From Deferribacterales bacterium (GTDB lineage Bacteria; Chrysiogenota; Deferribacteres; Deferribacterales; Geovibrionaceae), in the NCBI GenBank assembly GCA_050253075.1, contig JBFWJS010000001.1:448001-512000 (forward strand): a stretch of 64,000 nucleotides of DNA, written 5' to 3'. The position numbers were made by a program, and so were the translations under genes. Below the pieces are notes generated by a model that ran no database searches, was not told the origin of the DNA, and saw only the letters and a program-made list of their open reading frames with translations. Each line of letters starts with the position of its first letter. The stretch's first letter is position 1. This document shows positions 19,855 through 30,722 of this stretch, in pieces.

Positions 19855-21918
19855 ATGCCGGATTTTCTATTAGAAATAGGAAGCGAGGAGATACCCGCCG
19901 GATTTATCACCGGTGCGTGTGAGTATCTTAAAAACGAGTTCAATAAAAGACTTACCGATGCAGGTATAGGTTTTGAAAATATAGAATCAGACGGGACGCC
20001 GAGAAGGCTCTACGTTTATATAAAAGGTCTGGAAGAGCAGCAGAAAGACAAGGAAGAGACAATTGTCGGACCTCCGGCAAATATCGCCTTTGATGCTGAC
20101 GGCGGACTGACCAAAGCAGGCGCAGGATTTGTTAAGTCCAAAGGGCTCGACGAATCCACCCTTACAAAGGTTGAAACTGATAAGGGTGTTTACCTTTCAG
20201 GTGTGAAAAAGACGAAAGGTGTGCCTACACGTGATTTCATCGAGGGTATCCTTGTGGATATCATCAACAGCATCCCATTCCGCAAGTCTATGCGCTGGGG
20301 GGATAGATCCTTCCGCTTCGCAAGACCTGTGCATTGGTTCCTCTCCCTCTTCGGCGGAGACGTCATAAGCTTTGAGATAGACGGCATCAAGAGCGGAAAC
20401 AAGACAATGGGACACCGCATCCACGCAAACGAATACTTCGAGGTCAAAGACTTCGCAGATTATAAATCTAAGCTGAAGGCAGCCAGAGTAGCGACTACAA
20501 AGGCTGACCGTATCCAGCAGACACGTGAGCAGATAGCACAGATAGAGAAAGACACAGGCTATAAGGTCGACGTGGACGAGGATCTCCTCGACACTGTTGC
20601 GGGTCTTGTGGAATACCCTGTTGCTCTCATGGGCGAATTCGAGGAAAAATACCTCGACATCCCTGCTGAGGTGCTCATCACTTCCATGAAGTATCACCAG
20701 AAATACTTTTATGTAACCGACAAAGACGGAAATCTTGTTAATAAATTCATCGGTGTGTCCAACACCGAGCCGAACGACCCCGAGCTTGTGAAAACAGGCT
20801 ACGCCAGAGTTCTCCGTGCGAGACTGGCGGATGCGGCATTCTTCTGGCAGAATGACCAGAAATACCCTCTGGAAAAGAGAGTGGAAGAGCTGAAAAAGGT
20901 CGTTTATCAGGAAAAGATCGGTACTTCATACGAGAAGATGGAGCGTTTCCGCAAGCTCGCCGTATTTTTCGCTGAAAACCTTAACCCCGCTGTTAAGGCT
21001 GATACAGAAAGAGCTGCGACACTCTGCAAGGCTGACCTGCTGAGCGAGATGGTCTACGAATTCCCTGAACTGCAGGGTATCATGGGACGCAGATACGCAA
21101 AACTTCAGGGCGAGAACGACACAGTGGCTCAGGCTATCGAAGAGCACTATATGCCTAGATTCGCAGGGGACGACCTCCCGTCAGGCGATACAGGCTCTTT
21201 CGTCTCCATGGCGGACAAGCTCGACACTATATGCGGATGCTTCGCCATCAATCTCATCCCTACGGGAAGCCAGGATCCATACGCCCTCAGAAGAGGCGCT
21301 ATCGGTATACTCTCCATCATAAAGGAGAAGGGCTACCGCATCGGGCTGAATAAAATCATAGGCGAGAGCCTCTCAAACCTTGAAAACTATATTAAATTCG
21401 ATAAAGAGAAAACAGCCGGGCTGGTTTATGAATTCATCATCCAGCGTTTCCGCCAGATACTTTCAGACGAGGGGATCCCTGCTGACTGTGTAGATGCTGC
21501 ATGCGACATATCCGACGATATCATCGCAATAGAGAAGCTGGCGAAAGCTCTCGGCGAATACAAGCAGACACCTGAGTTTGCCAGTATCGCTGCGGGATAT
21601 AAACGTATCAACAACATACTCAAAAAGAGCGGACACACATCCGACGTGTACGACAATGCTCTCTTTGAGACAGATTACGAGAGGGAACTGGCAACCCTTA
21701 TCGCAGATAAGGCGGACCAGATAAATAGAGAGGTGAGTGAAGAGAACTTCACAGTGGCGATGACCCAGCTGCTTACTTTCAGCGGGCCTGTGGATAACTT
21801 CTTTGAGAATGTCATGGTTATGGCAGAGGACGAGAAGGTCAAGCTCAACAGGCTTAGTTTGCTTAATAAGCTGAAAGGAGTGTTCAACATGCTGGGAGAC
21901 CTGACAAAAATAATTTAA
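19855..21918 (+). CDS. glyS: Glycyl-tRNA synthetase beta subunit
   Basis: FLLEIGSEEIP, TPRRL, KSMRWG..FARP, GLVEYP, EFPELQGIMG, GSQDPYALRR and FFENVMVM. Confidence 0.96.
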   Translation: MPDFLLEIGSEEIPAGFITGACEYLKNEFNKRLTDAGIGFENIESDGTPRRLYVYIKGLEEQQKDKEETIVGPPANIAFDADGGLTKAGAGFVKSKGLDESTLTKVETDKGVYLSGVKKTKGVPTRDFIEGILVDIINSIPFRKSMRWGDRSFRFARPVHWFLSLFGGDVISFEIDGIKSGNKTMGHRIHANEYFEVKDFADYKSKLKAARVATTKADRIQQTREQIAQIEKDTGYKVDVDEDLLDTVAGLVEYPVALMGEFEEKYLDIPAEVLITSMKYHQKYFYVTDKDGNLVNKFIGVSNTEPNDPELVKTGYARVLRARLADAAFFWQNDQKYPLEKRVEELKKVVYQEKIGTSYEKMERFRKLAVFFAENLNPAVKADTERAATLCKADLLSEMVYEFPELQGIMGRRYAKLQGENDTVAQAIEEHYMPRFAGDDLPSGDTGSFVSMADKLDTICGCFAINLIPTGSQDPYALRRGAIGILSIIKEKGYRIGLNKIIGESLSNLENYIKFDKEKTAGLVYEFIIQRFRQILSDEGIPADCVDAACDISDDIIAIEKLAKALGEYKQTPEFASIAAGYKRINNILKKSGHTSDVYDNALFETDYERELATLIADKADQINREVSEENFTVAMTQLLTFSGPVDNFFENVMVMAEDEKVKLNRLSLLNKLKGVFNMLGDLTKII

Positions 21919-21934
21919 CTTGGGGGTTATCCTT

Positions 21935-24562
21935 ATGGGCGCCAAATGGGTGTATTTCTTTGGAAAAGACCGCACGGAAGGTGACGGTAAAGACAAAAAT
22001 CTTCTCGGTGGTAAAGGTGCAGGCCTTGCTGAGATGACAAGTATCGGCATTCCTGTTCCGCCGGGCTTCACTATCACTACAGAGGCTTGTATCGAGTACT
22101 ATAACAACGGGAAAAAGTATCCCGCAGGACTCTGGGATCAGGCTAAAGCCGCACTCGCTACTCTGGAAGAAGCAATGGGCAAAAAATTCGGAGATGTGGA
22201 GAATCCTCTCCTCGTATCCGTACGCTCAGGTGCGAGAGTTTCCATGCCGGGTATGATGGACACTGTTCTCAACCTCGGTCTCACAGACGAAAGTGTTAAA
22301 GGACTTGCTAAATCTTCAGGCAATGAAAGATTTGCATACGACAGCTACAGAAGATTCATACAGATGTTCTCCGATGTTGTTCTCGAAATACAGCATCATA
22401 AATTTGAGCACATTCTCTCTGACATGAAAAAGGCGAGAGGCGTTGAGGAAGATACACTCCTTTCCGCTGAAGATATGAAAGAACTCGTTATGAAGTTCAA
22501 AGACCTTGTTTCCAAAGAACTCGGTTCACCCTTTCCGCAGGATCCTATGCTCCAGCTTGAGTATGCGGTTAATGCGGTTTTCGACTCATGGAATAATCAG
22601 AGAGCTAAAACATATAGAAAGATCAATAAGATGTCCGACGACTGGGGTACTGCCGTAAACGTACAGTCAATGGTTTTCGGTAACATGGGCGACGACTGCG
22701 GTACAGGCGTTGCATTCACAAGAGACCCTTCCACAGGCGAGAAAGTCTTCTTCGGCGAATACCTTGTAAACGCTCAGGGTGAGGACGTTGTTGCCGGTAT
22801 CAGAACTCCCGAGCCGATAGCGAAACTCGCAGAGCAGATGCCTGAGAGCTTCAAACAGCTTGAGGAAGTTTATAAGACACTTGAGAACCATTACAAAGAT
22901 GTTCAGGACATCGAGTTCACAATAGAGAGAGGTACACTCTACATGCTTCAGACCAGAAGCGGTAAGCGTACTGCGAAAGCTGCCGTTAAGATAGCTTTCG
23001 ACATGGTTGAGGAAGGACTGATCGACAAGAAGACTGCTGTTCTTCGTGTTGAGCCTGATCAGATCGACCAGCTTCTCCACCCGATGATCGACACATCCAT
23101 CAAATACGACATCCTCGCAAAAGGTCTCCCTGCATCTCCGGGTGCTGCGGTTGGTAAGGTCGTATTTTCTGCAGAGGATGCAGAGGCTGCCGCCGAAAAA
23201 GGCGAAGCAGTCATCCTTGTCAGAGCCGAGACATCCCCTGAGGACATCGGCGGTATGCACGCTGCAAAGGGTATCCTCACTGCCACAGGCGGTATGACAT
23301 CCCATGCGGCTGTTGTTGCCCGTGGTATGGGTAAGTGCTGTGTCGCAGGATGCGGTGCCGTAAAGATCGATGAAAAAGCTAAAACATTCAAAGTGGGTTC
23401 CACGACTATCAGCGAAGGTGACATCATAACCATCAATGGATCCACGGGTGAAGTGATAAACGGAGCTGCGAAGCTCATCGAGCCTGAGCTTTCAGGCGAA
23501 TTTGCTACTATTCTTGACTGGGCCGACGAGTTCCGCACAATGGGCGTACGCACAAATGCAGATACTCCTGCGGACTCTAAGACAGCTAGAGATTTCGGTG
23601 CCGAAGGTATCGGACTCTGCCGTACAGAACACATGTTCTTCGACGGTGACCGTATCGATGCAGTGCGCGAGATGATCCTCTCCGAAAACGAAGACGGACG
23701 CAGAAGAGCACTGACAAAGATCAAGCCTTACCAGAAAGAGGATTTCCTCGGTCTGTTCGAGGCTATGGAAGGTCTTCCTGTTACTATCCGTCTGCTCGAC
23801 CCGCCTCTTCACGAGTTCATTCCTCATACCGACGATGAAGTTGAGCGTGTGGCAAAGGCTTCTGGTCTGCCTATGGCACAGCTGAAAGCTAAAGCTGTTG
23901 AGCTCCATGAGTTTAACCCTATGCTCGGACACAGAGGATGCCGTCTCGGTATCACATATCCTGAGGTCTACGAGATGCAGGTTTACGCTATCATGGAAGC
24001 TGCGTGTGAGCTTAAAAAAGCAGGTAAAGACATTCAGCCTGAGATCATGATTCCTCTCGTAGGACACGTGAAAGAGCTTCAGGAGCTCGAAGAGATGACA
24101 CGCAAGGTTTGCGATGAAGTTATCGCTTCATACGATGTCGAGATAGACTACCTTGTGGGTACAATGATAGAGCTTCCGAGAGCAGCCCTCACGGCAGACG
24201 AGATAGCTGAAGTGGCTGAGTTCTTCTCATTTGGAACAAACGACCTTACACAGACTTGTCTCGGTCTTTCCCGTGACGACTCCGGTAAGTTTCTCCCTCT
24301 CTATGTAGACAAGGGAATATACAAAGAAGACCCATTCGTTTCCATAGATGTTTCCGGTGTGGGACAGCTTGTGGAGATGGGTGTTCAGAAGGGACGTTCT
24401 AAACGTGCCGGTCTTAAGACAGGTATATGCGGAGAGCACGGCGGTGACCCTGCATCTATTTACTTCTGTCAGAAAGCAGGACTGAACTATGTGAGCTGCT
24501 CACCGTTCAGAGTACCTGTTGCCCGTCTTGCCGCAGCACACGCTGCCATCAAGGGCGTATAG
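21935..24562 (+). CDS. ppdK: Pyruvate, phosphate dikinase
   Basis: LLGGKGAGLAEM, SMPGMMDT, GGMTSHAAVVARG, GIGLCRTEHMF, FSFGTNDLTQ and GICGEHGG. Confidence 0.98.
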   Translation: MGAKWVYFFGKDRTEGDGKDKNLLGGKGAGLAEMTSIGIPVPPGFTITTEACIEYYNNGKKYPAGLWDQAKAALATLEEAMGKKFGDVENPLLVSVRSGARVSMPGMMDTVLNLGLTDESVKGLAKSSGNERFAYDSYRRFIQMFSDVVLEIQHHKFEHILSDMKKARGVEEDTLLSAEDMKELVMKFKDLVSKELGSPFPQDPMLQLEYAVNAVFDSWNNQRAKTYRKINKMSDDWGTAVNVQSMVFGNMGDDCGTGVAFTRDPSTGEKVFFGEYLVNAQGEDVVAGIRTPEPIAKLAEQMPESFKQLEEVYKTLENHYKDVQDIEFTIERGTLYMLQTRSGKRTAKAAVKIAFDMVEEGLIDKKTAVLRVEPDQIDQLLHPMIDTSIKYDILAKGLPASPGAAVGKVVFSAEDAEAAAEKGEAVILVRAETSPEDIGGMHAAKGILTATGGMTSHAAVVARGMGKCCVAGCGAVKIDEKAKTFKVGSTTISEGDIITINGSTGEVINGAAKLIEPELSGEFATILDWADEFRTMGVRTNADTPADSKTARDFGAEGIGLCRTEHMFFDGDRIDAVREMILSENEDGRRRALTKIKPYQKEDFLGLFEAMEGLPVTIRLLDPPLHEFIPHTDDEVERVAKASGLPMAQLKAKAVELHEFNPMLGHRGCRLGITYPEVYEMQVYAIMEAACELKKAGKDIQPEIMIPLVGHVKELQELEEMTRKVCDEVIASYDVEIDYLVGTMIELPRAALTADEIAEVAEFFSFGTNDLTQTCLGLSRDDSGKFLPLYVDKGIYKEDPFVSIDVSGVGQLVEMGVQKGRSKRAGLKTGICGEHGGDPASIYFCQKAGLNYVSCSPFRVPVARLAAAHAAIKGV

Positions 24563-24576
24563 ATAAAAACTTAAAC

Positions 24577-24605
24577 GGGCGTGTCTTCGGGCACGCCCTA
24601 TTCTT
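24577..24605 (+). terminator. Stable hairpin, probable terminator after ppdK
   Basis: GGGCGTGTC-TTCG-GGCACGCCC with a cUUCGg loop; the U tract is weak. Confidence 0.6.
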
Positions 24606-24632
24606 CTCTTCAATGAGTTCGGGGTGTGGTAA

Positions 24633-26078
24633 ATGGGCTCAGTATCTGAAGATCTGTATCAGCTGGTAGAGGAAACTCTCGGCTGTGAGCTTATTGGTAT
24701 GAAGGTCATGCAAGGTGACCGCATCATTGCCGATATGGGCATACAGGACACCTCTGCTCATTTTCTAGAAATCCCGGGAAGCTGCTTCAGCGCCAACCTT
24801 TATCTAAAAAAAACTATTATTCCTAACGAAAAAGAGTTAAATCATATAAGGAAGATATTTAATATATATTCCGGCGCCCATGCGGGAAGTACGGGAAATA
24901 TATTTTCCGGTGCAGAGATACTGGAGACCATCACCAGCAAAAAGACCATAGACGCCGTTATGAGCCAGCTGGTGGACGTTCTGGTGAACAGGGGCGGGTT
25001 CTGCTGTGCGGGGATAATGTTCCTTAACGAGGCTCTGCTGGAGCTCAGGGGCGTTATTTATGCATCAGCGGGGAATACCGACAGGAACGGGTTTAAAAAT
25101 GTTAAGCTCACCTTCCCCACAAAGAATCAGCTCTCGGACATCATGTTCTATGACCGGACTGAGGTCGTGGATATAGAAAAGAGCGACGAGCTGGGTATCC
25201 TTGCGGATTATTTCTGTGACGACGTACTCGTCACCGGGCTGGGTATAGGCGACAGACCCATCGGCATACTGCTGGCGTGTAAAGACAGCTATTCGGATGC
25301 GGATAAGGAGTCTCTGCTGCTGTATGGTAATATATGCTCGCTCTCCATCGAGTTTTCACGCACGATGAAGCAGCTGGAGCTGACAATGGCAGACCTGGGT
25401 AATCTGAGGAAATCGACGATGAACGCCGAAAACCTCGTTAAGATGGGCAGGCTGTCGGCGACTGTGGCGCACGAGCTGAAGAATCCGCTGGTTGCCATCG
25501 GCGGCTTTACAAAGCGGATGGAGCAGACAGCGGTGAACCCGCAGACGAAGAACTATATAAAGATAGTGCAGTCTGAGGTGCACAGGCTTGAGAGGATTGT
25601 TGGGGACATCCTCGTTTATTCCAGAAAAGTTGATCTGGATATCAAGAAGGTGAACCTGAGACAGATACTGGATGAAGTGATGGAGGTTGTCAAAGGCTGC
25701 CTCTGCTTCAGTATGATACATGTCACGATGAAAGTTCCGAGCGATATGGAAGTTTCGGCTGACAGAGATAAGCTGAAACAGGTTATTATGAACCTTGTGT
25801 CCAACAGTGTACAGGAGATGGCGGAAGGGGGAGACCTTCGGATAGAATCATCCGAAAGTGAGCGACACGTCACAATCTCCGTTTCAGACACAGGGGGAGG
25901 AATACCCGAAGATAAACGTGAAAAAATATTCGAACCGTTCTATACTCTTAAAAAGAGTGGTACAGGGCTCGGTCTTCCGCTATGTAAGAAGATTATGACG
26001 GCACACGGCGGGGACATTGTCGTGGGCGACTGTGCTGACGGTGCTGTTTTCACATTGATTTTGCCAAAAAGAGGATAA
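24633..26078 (+). CDS. Cytoplasmic sensor histidine kinase with a GAF-like input domain
   Basis: No clear TM; HELKNPL, QVIMNLVSNS, DTGGG, FEPFYT and GTGLGL. Confidence 0.9.
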   Translation: MGSVSEDLYQLVEETLGCELIGMKVMQGDRIIADMGIQDTSAHFLEIPGSCFSANLYLKKTIIPNEKELNHIRKIFNIYSGAHAGSTGNIFSGAEILETITSKKTIDAVMSQLVDVLVNRGGFCCAGIMFLNEALLELRGVIYASAGNTDRNGFKNVKLTFPTKNQLSDIMFYDRTEVVDIEKSDELGILADYFCDDVLVTGLGIGDRPIGILLACKDSYSDADKESLLLYGNICSLSIEFSRTMKQLELTMADLGNLRKSTMNAENLVKMGRLSATVAHELKNPLVAIGGFTKRMEQTAVNPQTKNYIKIVQSEVHRLERIVGDILVYSRKVDLDIKKVNLRQILDEVMEVVKGCLCFSMIHVTMKVPSDMEVSADRDKLKQVIMNLVSNSVQEMAEGGDLRIESSESERHVTISVSDTGGGIPEDKREKIFEPFYTLKKSGTGLGLPLCKKIMTAHGGDIVVGDCADGAVFTLILPKRG

Positions 26079-26079
26079 C

Positions 26080-26436
26080 ATGAAGAAAATTCTTATTGTT
26101 GATGACGAGGAGCACATCAGGGCGCATTATACCGATCTTCTCAGCGAGAAAGGTTTCGATGTAAGCTCTGCCGTGGACGGCACCAGCGGGATCAAAGCAT
26201 ATAAGGAAGGTCAGTTCGACCTTGTGCTGCTTGATGTGAATATGCCGGACAAATCAGGTCTTGAAGTTCTGAAAGAGATCAAATCCATGAAGGACTCTCA
26301 GGTGGTCTTTCTGCTTACTGCTTTTGACGAGTATAAGAGAAACTTTGCATCTCTGTATGCAGAGGAATACTTTACAAAGGATAAGAAGATAGACATTCTG
26401 CTCCGCAGGATAGCCGAGCATCTCGAGGACGACTAA
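26080..26436 (+). CDS. Single-domain response regulator (CheY-like receiver)
   Basis: ILIVDDE, LLDVNMPDKSG and LLTA; immediately follows the kinase. Confidence 0.92.
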   Translation: MKKILIVDDEEHIRAHYTDLLSEKGFDVSSAVDGTSGIKAYKEGQFDLVLLDVNMPDKSGLEVLKEIKSMKDSQVVFLLTAFDEYKRNFASLYAEEYFTKDKKIDILLRRIAEHLEDD

Positions 26437-26444
26437 AGCAGCCG

Positions 26445-26717
26445 TTACTGCTTTTTTAATTTATTATTGATCTTATAGATTTCTGCCAAAAGATAAGCGA
26501 CGACCCTGTATAGTTCTTCGGGGATCTCATCATACAGATCAAGGGTGGATAGAGCCTCGACAAGGTCACGGTCCTCTGTGATGTGGACATCATGCTCCTT
26601 TGCCTTTTCTATGATCTTTTCCGCTATAATACCCTGCCCTTTTGCGACCAGTTTAGGTACTTTATCGACCTCTTTGTCATAGCGGATGGCTGCTGCCTTT
26701 TTTCTGGTAAATTTCAA
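26445..26717 (-). CDS. FlhB C-terminal-like small protein (EscU/YscU-related)
   Basis: KKAAAIRYD..PKLVAKGQG..AEKII..IPEELYRVVA; TTG at 26717 preceded by GAGGGG. Confidence 0.88.
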   Translation of the reverse strand: MKFTRKKAAAIRYDKEVDKVPKLVAKGQGIIAEKIIEKAKEHDVHITEDRDLVEALSTLDLYDEIPEELYRVVAYLLAEIYKINNKLKKQ

Positions 26718-26727
26718 CGGACGCCCC

Positions 26728-28020
26728 TCAGCAGAGTTCCAGCACCTCAAAGCTCTTTATGTAAGCCTGCTTAATATATTCTATCGTCTCAGGTGCCAGA
26801 TGTCTGAAGGACAAAGCGCCCCCTGAGTGCATAGTAAATACATTATTGATCAGCATAGCTATCTTGAAACTCTCCTCTGTCTTTTTATCAGAGGTGGTCA
26901 TCATGGTGTGCGGAGTTATTTCTGCGGGTTTTTCCGTGAGGAAATGCAGGTTAAAGTATGAACCGTAGCCTGTGGCAACGGCAGGTGTCTTCAGCTTTGC
27001 AGCTTCGGCACTAAGGAAAGCCCTGACGCCGTCCCCTGCTTTGTTCAGGCTTTCATAGTCTGCTGTTTTAAGAGCTTTCAGCGTCTCTATGCCGATGGCC
27101 ATAGACAGTGGATTTGCGGAGTATGTTCCCCCGCCGGTGAAGAGCTTTTGTGTGGTGATGGTGTTCATCACGTCTTCGCGTCCGCCGTATATGCCTATGT
27201 GCATACCGCCCGCTGTCGCCTTGCCGAAGGTGAACATGTCGGGGCGAACATCGCTGAGCAGAGGATATATCGAGCCGTATCTGAAACGGAAGCCTGTGAT
27301 GACCTCGTCGAAGATGAGCAGCGTGCCCGTCTCGTCACAGTATTTACGGAGGGCTTTCAGGTAGTTCGCATTTGCGGGGATACCGCCGCCCGCTCCGAGC
27401 ATCGGCTCTATTATAATGGCTGCTGTTTCGCCTTTATATTCGTCTAATATCTCAAGTGTCTTTTCGGGATTGTTGTAAGGGACGGAGATTGTCTTGTGCC
27501 CTTCGGGTGCATTCTTACGCTTTACGAATGGAGGCACGACGCCGTTGGAGAGAACAGAGTTTCCTCCGTGCCATCCGCCCTCGGCTTTGACTATAACGTC
27601 CTTACCTGTGAATGCACGTGCCACACGGGTCACATACATCGTTGCCTCTGTGCCTGATGTGCATAGGCGCATCTTTTCCAGCTCGGGCACTGCCGTCTGG
27701 ATGATCTCTGCGAATTCGAGCTGCATGGTGTTCAGCGTTCCGTGGTGTATCCCTGCCTGCAGTCCTCTTTCGGCACCTTTCAGCTGTGCGGGGCTGCCGT
27801 GTCCTAGAAGGAGCGCATAATGCCCCATCCACAGATCCAGTATCTTATTACCGTCGGTGTCATACATATAGATGTCTTCACAACGTTCGGTGACGACAGG
27901 GAAAGGGGGATAGCTGCGTATGTCGTGGCATACGCCGTTGGGGAAGAAGTTCTTTGCTTTGTCAAAAAGGTTTTTAGAGGAGAAATACTTCTCTTCATAA
28001 ACTCTGTAGAGACTACTCAC
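26728..28020 (-). CDS. Class III PLP aminotransferase (glutamate-1-semialdehyde aminomutase-like)
   Basis: LLLGH, SGTEATM, GGWHG, IFDEVITGFR, TFGK (PLP lysine) and GTYSANP. Confidence 0.85.
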   Translation of the reverse strand: MSSLYRVYEEKYFSSKNLFDKAKNFFPNGVCHDIRSYPPFPVVTERCEDIYMYDTDGNKILDLWMGHYALLLGHGSPAQLKGAERGLQAGIHHGTLNTMQLEFAEIIQTAVPELEKMRLCTSGTEATMYVTRVARAFTGKDVIVKAEGGWHGGNSVLSNGVVPPFVKRKNAPEGHKTISVPYNNPEKTLEILDEYKGETAAIIIEPMLGAGGGIPANANYLKALRKYCDETGTLLIFDEVITGFRFRYGSIYPLLSDVRPDMFTFGKATAGGMHIGIYGGREDVMNTITTQKLFTGGGTYSANPLSMAIGIETLKALKTADYESLNKAGDGVRAFLSAEAAKLKTPAVATGYGSYFNLHFLTEKPAEITPHTMMTTSDKKTEESFKIAMLINNVFTMHSGGALSFRHLAPETIEYIKQAYIKSFEVLELC

Positions 28021-28804
28021 AATTTTTATCCCTCACCATTTTGGAAAGCTGCATTGCGTTTCTCGCCGCATATCCGTTTGCAGAGTTGCAGAAGGATATG
28101 AAGACGTTATCTGAAATAGAGCTGAGCACCTGAGCATCTTTGATGATGCGCTCGAGTTCACGCTCTTTATATTCGTATTCTAGGTTCTTTTTGTCGTGTG
28201 TCTGCCACTTTTTACTGTTTCCGTAGAGGCGGAAGTAGGCATTGCGCTCGAATGCCTGTACGAAATAAGGCGCAAGTCCGCTGGAGTGCGGATATTCACA
28301 GACCACTATGCCCACGCCGAGGTTTTTAAGCTCTTCGATGTATTTCTGCTTATACCAGCCGCGGTTTGCAAGCTCTACAAAGAAAGGCTTGTCTGCGAAT
28401 CTGTCACGCAGTGCTGCTATGTGGTCGAGGTTTGCACGGGAAGGCGCAAAAGCGTAAAAGAAATCTGCGAAGTATGCCTTCACCCTGTCATAAATAGGTG
28501 AAAGACCGTTCTTCATTCTGTTTGCATCGAATATTGATGAAGGATGTTTGAGAAAGCGTTTAGGCAGACGGACGGAAAATGAGAGATCCTCTGCGGAGTT
28601 TTCGGCGATGTTTGCGGTTATCTCTTCTGTGGGGTCGGTATAAAAAGTGAATGTAAGCTCAAGAAATTTCAGCCCCTGATATTTGCTGTAGTGTCCGAGC
28701 ATATTTTCATTGCTTATGCCGTGAGGATAGAAATTTCCTATCCAGTCGTCAAACTTATAGCCCGCAGTCCCTATATAGAAGGGTGTGTCGTCGTACATTA
28801 TCAT
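28013..28804 (-). CDS. DUF72-family protein
   Basis: YIGTAGYKFDDWIGNFYP, ELTFTFY, YFRLYG and YEYKEREL; ATG 28804 with AAGGA upstream. Confidence 0.8.
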   Translation of the reverse strand: MIMYDDTPFYIGTAGYKFDDWIGNFYPHGISNENMLGHYSKYQGLKFLELTFTFYTDPTEEITANIAENSAEDLSFSVRLPKRFLKHPSSIFDANRMKNGLSPIYDRVKAYFADFFYAFAPSRANLDHIAALRDRFADKPFFVELANRGWYKQKYIEELKNLGVGIVVCEYPHSSGLAPYFVQAFERNAYFRLYGNSKKWQTHDKKNLEYEYKERELERIIKDAQVLSSISDNVFISFCNSANGYAARNAMQLSKMVRDKNCE

Positions 28805-28921
28805 TCTTTCGTATCCTTTCTCCGGTGCTGATTTCACCGTGTTTATCAATATATTAAATTTAATAAGCCGAAAACGCATCTATGGCAAGCGGTAACTTGC
28901 AAAAAAAAAATAAAAATGGTA

Positions 28922-28950
28922 TTGACTTGTTCGAACTCTTTTGATAGATT
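28922..28950 (+). promoter_or_regulatory. Putative sigma70 promoter of the tRNA cluster
   Basis: TTGACT-N17-TAGATT with TG just upstream of the -10 and an A-tract upstream of the -35. Confidence 0.65.
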
Positions 28951-28973
28951 TCGTGATTCGTAAAGCAACCGAT

Positions 28974-29047
<74 letters not shown>

Positions 29048-29061
29048 TTACTTTGGAATAC

Positions 29062-29135
29062 GGTGAATGTAGCTCAGTTGGTAGAGCCCTGGATTGTGGT
29101 TCCAGTTGTCGCGGGTTCAATCCCCGTCATTCACC
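29062..29135 (+). tRNA. tRNA-His(GTG)
   Basis: G-1 plus GTGAATG/CATTCAC and discriminator C; CTGGA-TTGTGGT-TCCAG anticodon arm; no encoded CCA. Confidence 0.97.
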
Positions 29136-29152
29136 TTTTCTTTTTTAGCTTT

Positions 29153-29234
29153 GCGAGTGTGGCGGAATTGGTAGACGCGCTGGACTTAGGATCCAGTGTC
29201 TTACGACGTGGGGGTTCAAGTCCCTTCACTCGCA
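29153..29234 (+). tRNA. tRNA-Leu(TAG)
   Basis: GCGAGTG/CACTCGC acceptor stem, CTGGA-CTTAGGA-TCCAG anticodon arm and a long variable arm; no encoded CCA. Confidence 0.97.
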
Positions 29235-29259
29235 TCCAGCCCTTTCAAAAGTTAGTCAA

Positions 29260-29332
29260 GCGGGTGTAGCTCAGCTGGTAGAGCGCGACCTTGCCAAGGT
29301 TGAGGTCGCCGGTTCGAGTCCGGTCACCCGCT
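29260..29332 (+). tRNA. tRNA-Gly(GCC)
   Basis: GCGGGTG/CACCCGC acceptor stem and CGACC-TTGCCAA-GGTTG anticodon arm; no encoded CCA. Confidence 0.97.
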
Positions 29333-29359
29333 TTTCCATATATCTAAGGAGAAATTATC

Positions 29360-30718
29360 ATGAAAGTTACTGTAGCAGATGGGGAGAAGTCTCAAAAAAT
29401 ACTCGACGTAGAGATTCCTGCTGAAACATACAAAGAAGTATTCGAAGCAGAGCTCAAAAAAGTTATAAAAGACATAAAGATCCAGGGATTCCGCCAGGGT
29501 AAAGCTCCTAGAGAAGTTGTCCTTAAAGAAAAAGGTCACGTTGTTCGTGTTCAGGCTCTTGAGATGGTTGTTAACGACTCTGTTAAGAACGCTATCGAGC
29601 AGAACGAGATCAGAGCAATGGGACAGCCCGAAGTAAAAGACGTTAAATTCGAAGACGATGACAGCCCGATATCTTTCAAAGTATACGTGGATGTCTTCCC
29701 TGCATTCGAAGTTACAAACTATAAAGGTTTCGAATTTACAAAAGAGATGAACGAAGTTACAGACGAAGACCTCGACACAGTTCTTCAGAACCTTCGTGAC
29801 CGTCAGGGCGCATTCGAGCCACTCGAAGGCGAAGGCGTAGAAGTTGCAATGGGCGATCAGGCTCTTATGGACTTCGAAGGCTCTATGAACGGCGAGATCA
29901 TCCCTAATGCATGTGCTAAAGACTTCGCTCTTGAGATCGGTTCCGGACAGTTCGTTCCCGGATTCGAAGAGCAGTGTGTAGGCATCAAAAAAGGCGAGAC
30001 AAAAGACATCGTCGTAACATTCCCTGAGCAGTATCAGGAACCATCAATGGCAGGCCAGCCTGTTACATTTAAAATAACAATCAACGAAGTTAAAAGAAAA
30101 GTCACTCCTGAGCTTGATGATGAATTTGCTAAAGATGTTAACGAGAAGTATGAAACTCTCGCAGACCTCAAAGCAGACATCAAAAAAGACCTCGAGATGG
30201 AAGCTGAAGAGATGGCTAAAGACTCCGTTTACAATAATATGCTCGATAAGCTGATCGAAGAGAACCCTTTTGAGGTTCCGGCTGTCATGGTTAGAGAGCA
30301 GGCTGAAAGACTCGTCGATCAGCAGCTTCGTCAGTACGCTATGTACGGCATCGATCCGGCTCAGATGGGCATAGATAAAAGAGCTCTCGTAGAGCAGAGC
30401 TTACCTATCGCTGAAAAGCAGGTTAAGTCCGCTCTTATCATAAACAAAGTCGGTGATGTTGAGAAAATCAACCCTACTGACGAAGATGTCGAGAAATCTC
30501 TCGATGAATACGCTGAAAAGTATGGTAAAACTAAAGATGAACTGAAAAAGGAACTGGAACAGTACGGCGGTCTGCAGTCATTCCAGAACACTGTGTTCAC
30601 AAACATGGTCTATGATCTCCTTCAGAAAGAGAACAAGGTCGTGGAAAAAGTAATAACTAAAGCCGAAAGAGATGCCAAAGTGGCTGCGGCTGCTAAAGAG
30701 GCCGGCAAGGAAGCGTAA
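29360..30718 (+). CDS. tig: Trigger factor
   Basis: [12 protein letters not shown] domain ([21 protein letters not shown]) and position upstream of clpP. Confidence 0.96.
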   Translation: MKVTVADGEKSQKILDVEIPAETYKEVFEAELKKVIKDIKIQGFRQGKAPREVVLKEKGHVVRVQALEMVVNDSVKNAIEQNEIRAMGQPEVKDVKFEDDDSPISFKVYVDVFPAFEVTNYKGFEFTKEMNEVTDEDLDTVLQNLRDRQGAFEPLEGEGVEVAMGDQALMDFEGSMNGEIIPNACAKDFALEIGSGQFVPGFEEQCVGIKKGETKDIVVTFPEQYQEPSMAGQPVTFKITINEVKRKVTPELDDEFAKDVNEKYETLADLKADIKKDLEMEAEEMAKDSVYNNMLDKLIEENPFEVPAVMVREQAERLVDQQLRQYAMYGIDPAQMGIDKRALVEQSLPIAEKQVKSALIINKVGDVEKINPTDEDVEKSLDEYAEKYGKTKDELKKELEQYGGLQSFQNTVFTNMVYDLLQKENKVVEKVITKAERDAKVAAAAKEAGKEA

Positions 30719-30722
30719 AACT

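Noticed and set aside
26728..28020. Class III aminotransferase as the missing WbpE or as hemL
   Set aside because: WbpE belongs to the DegT family, not class III, and the sequence is too divergent to name hemL with confidence.
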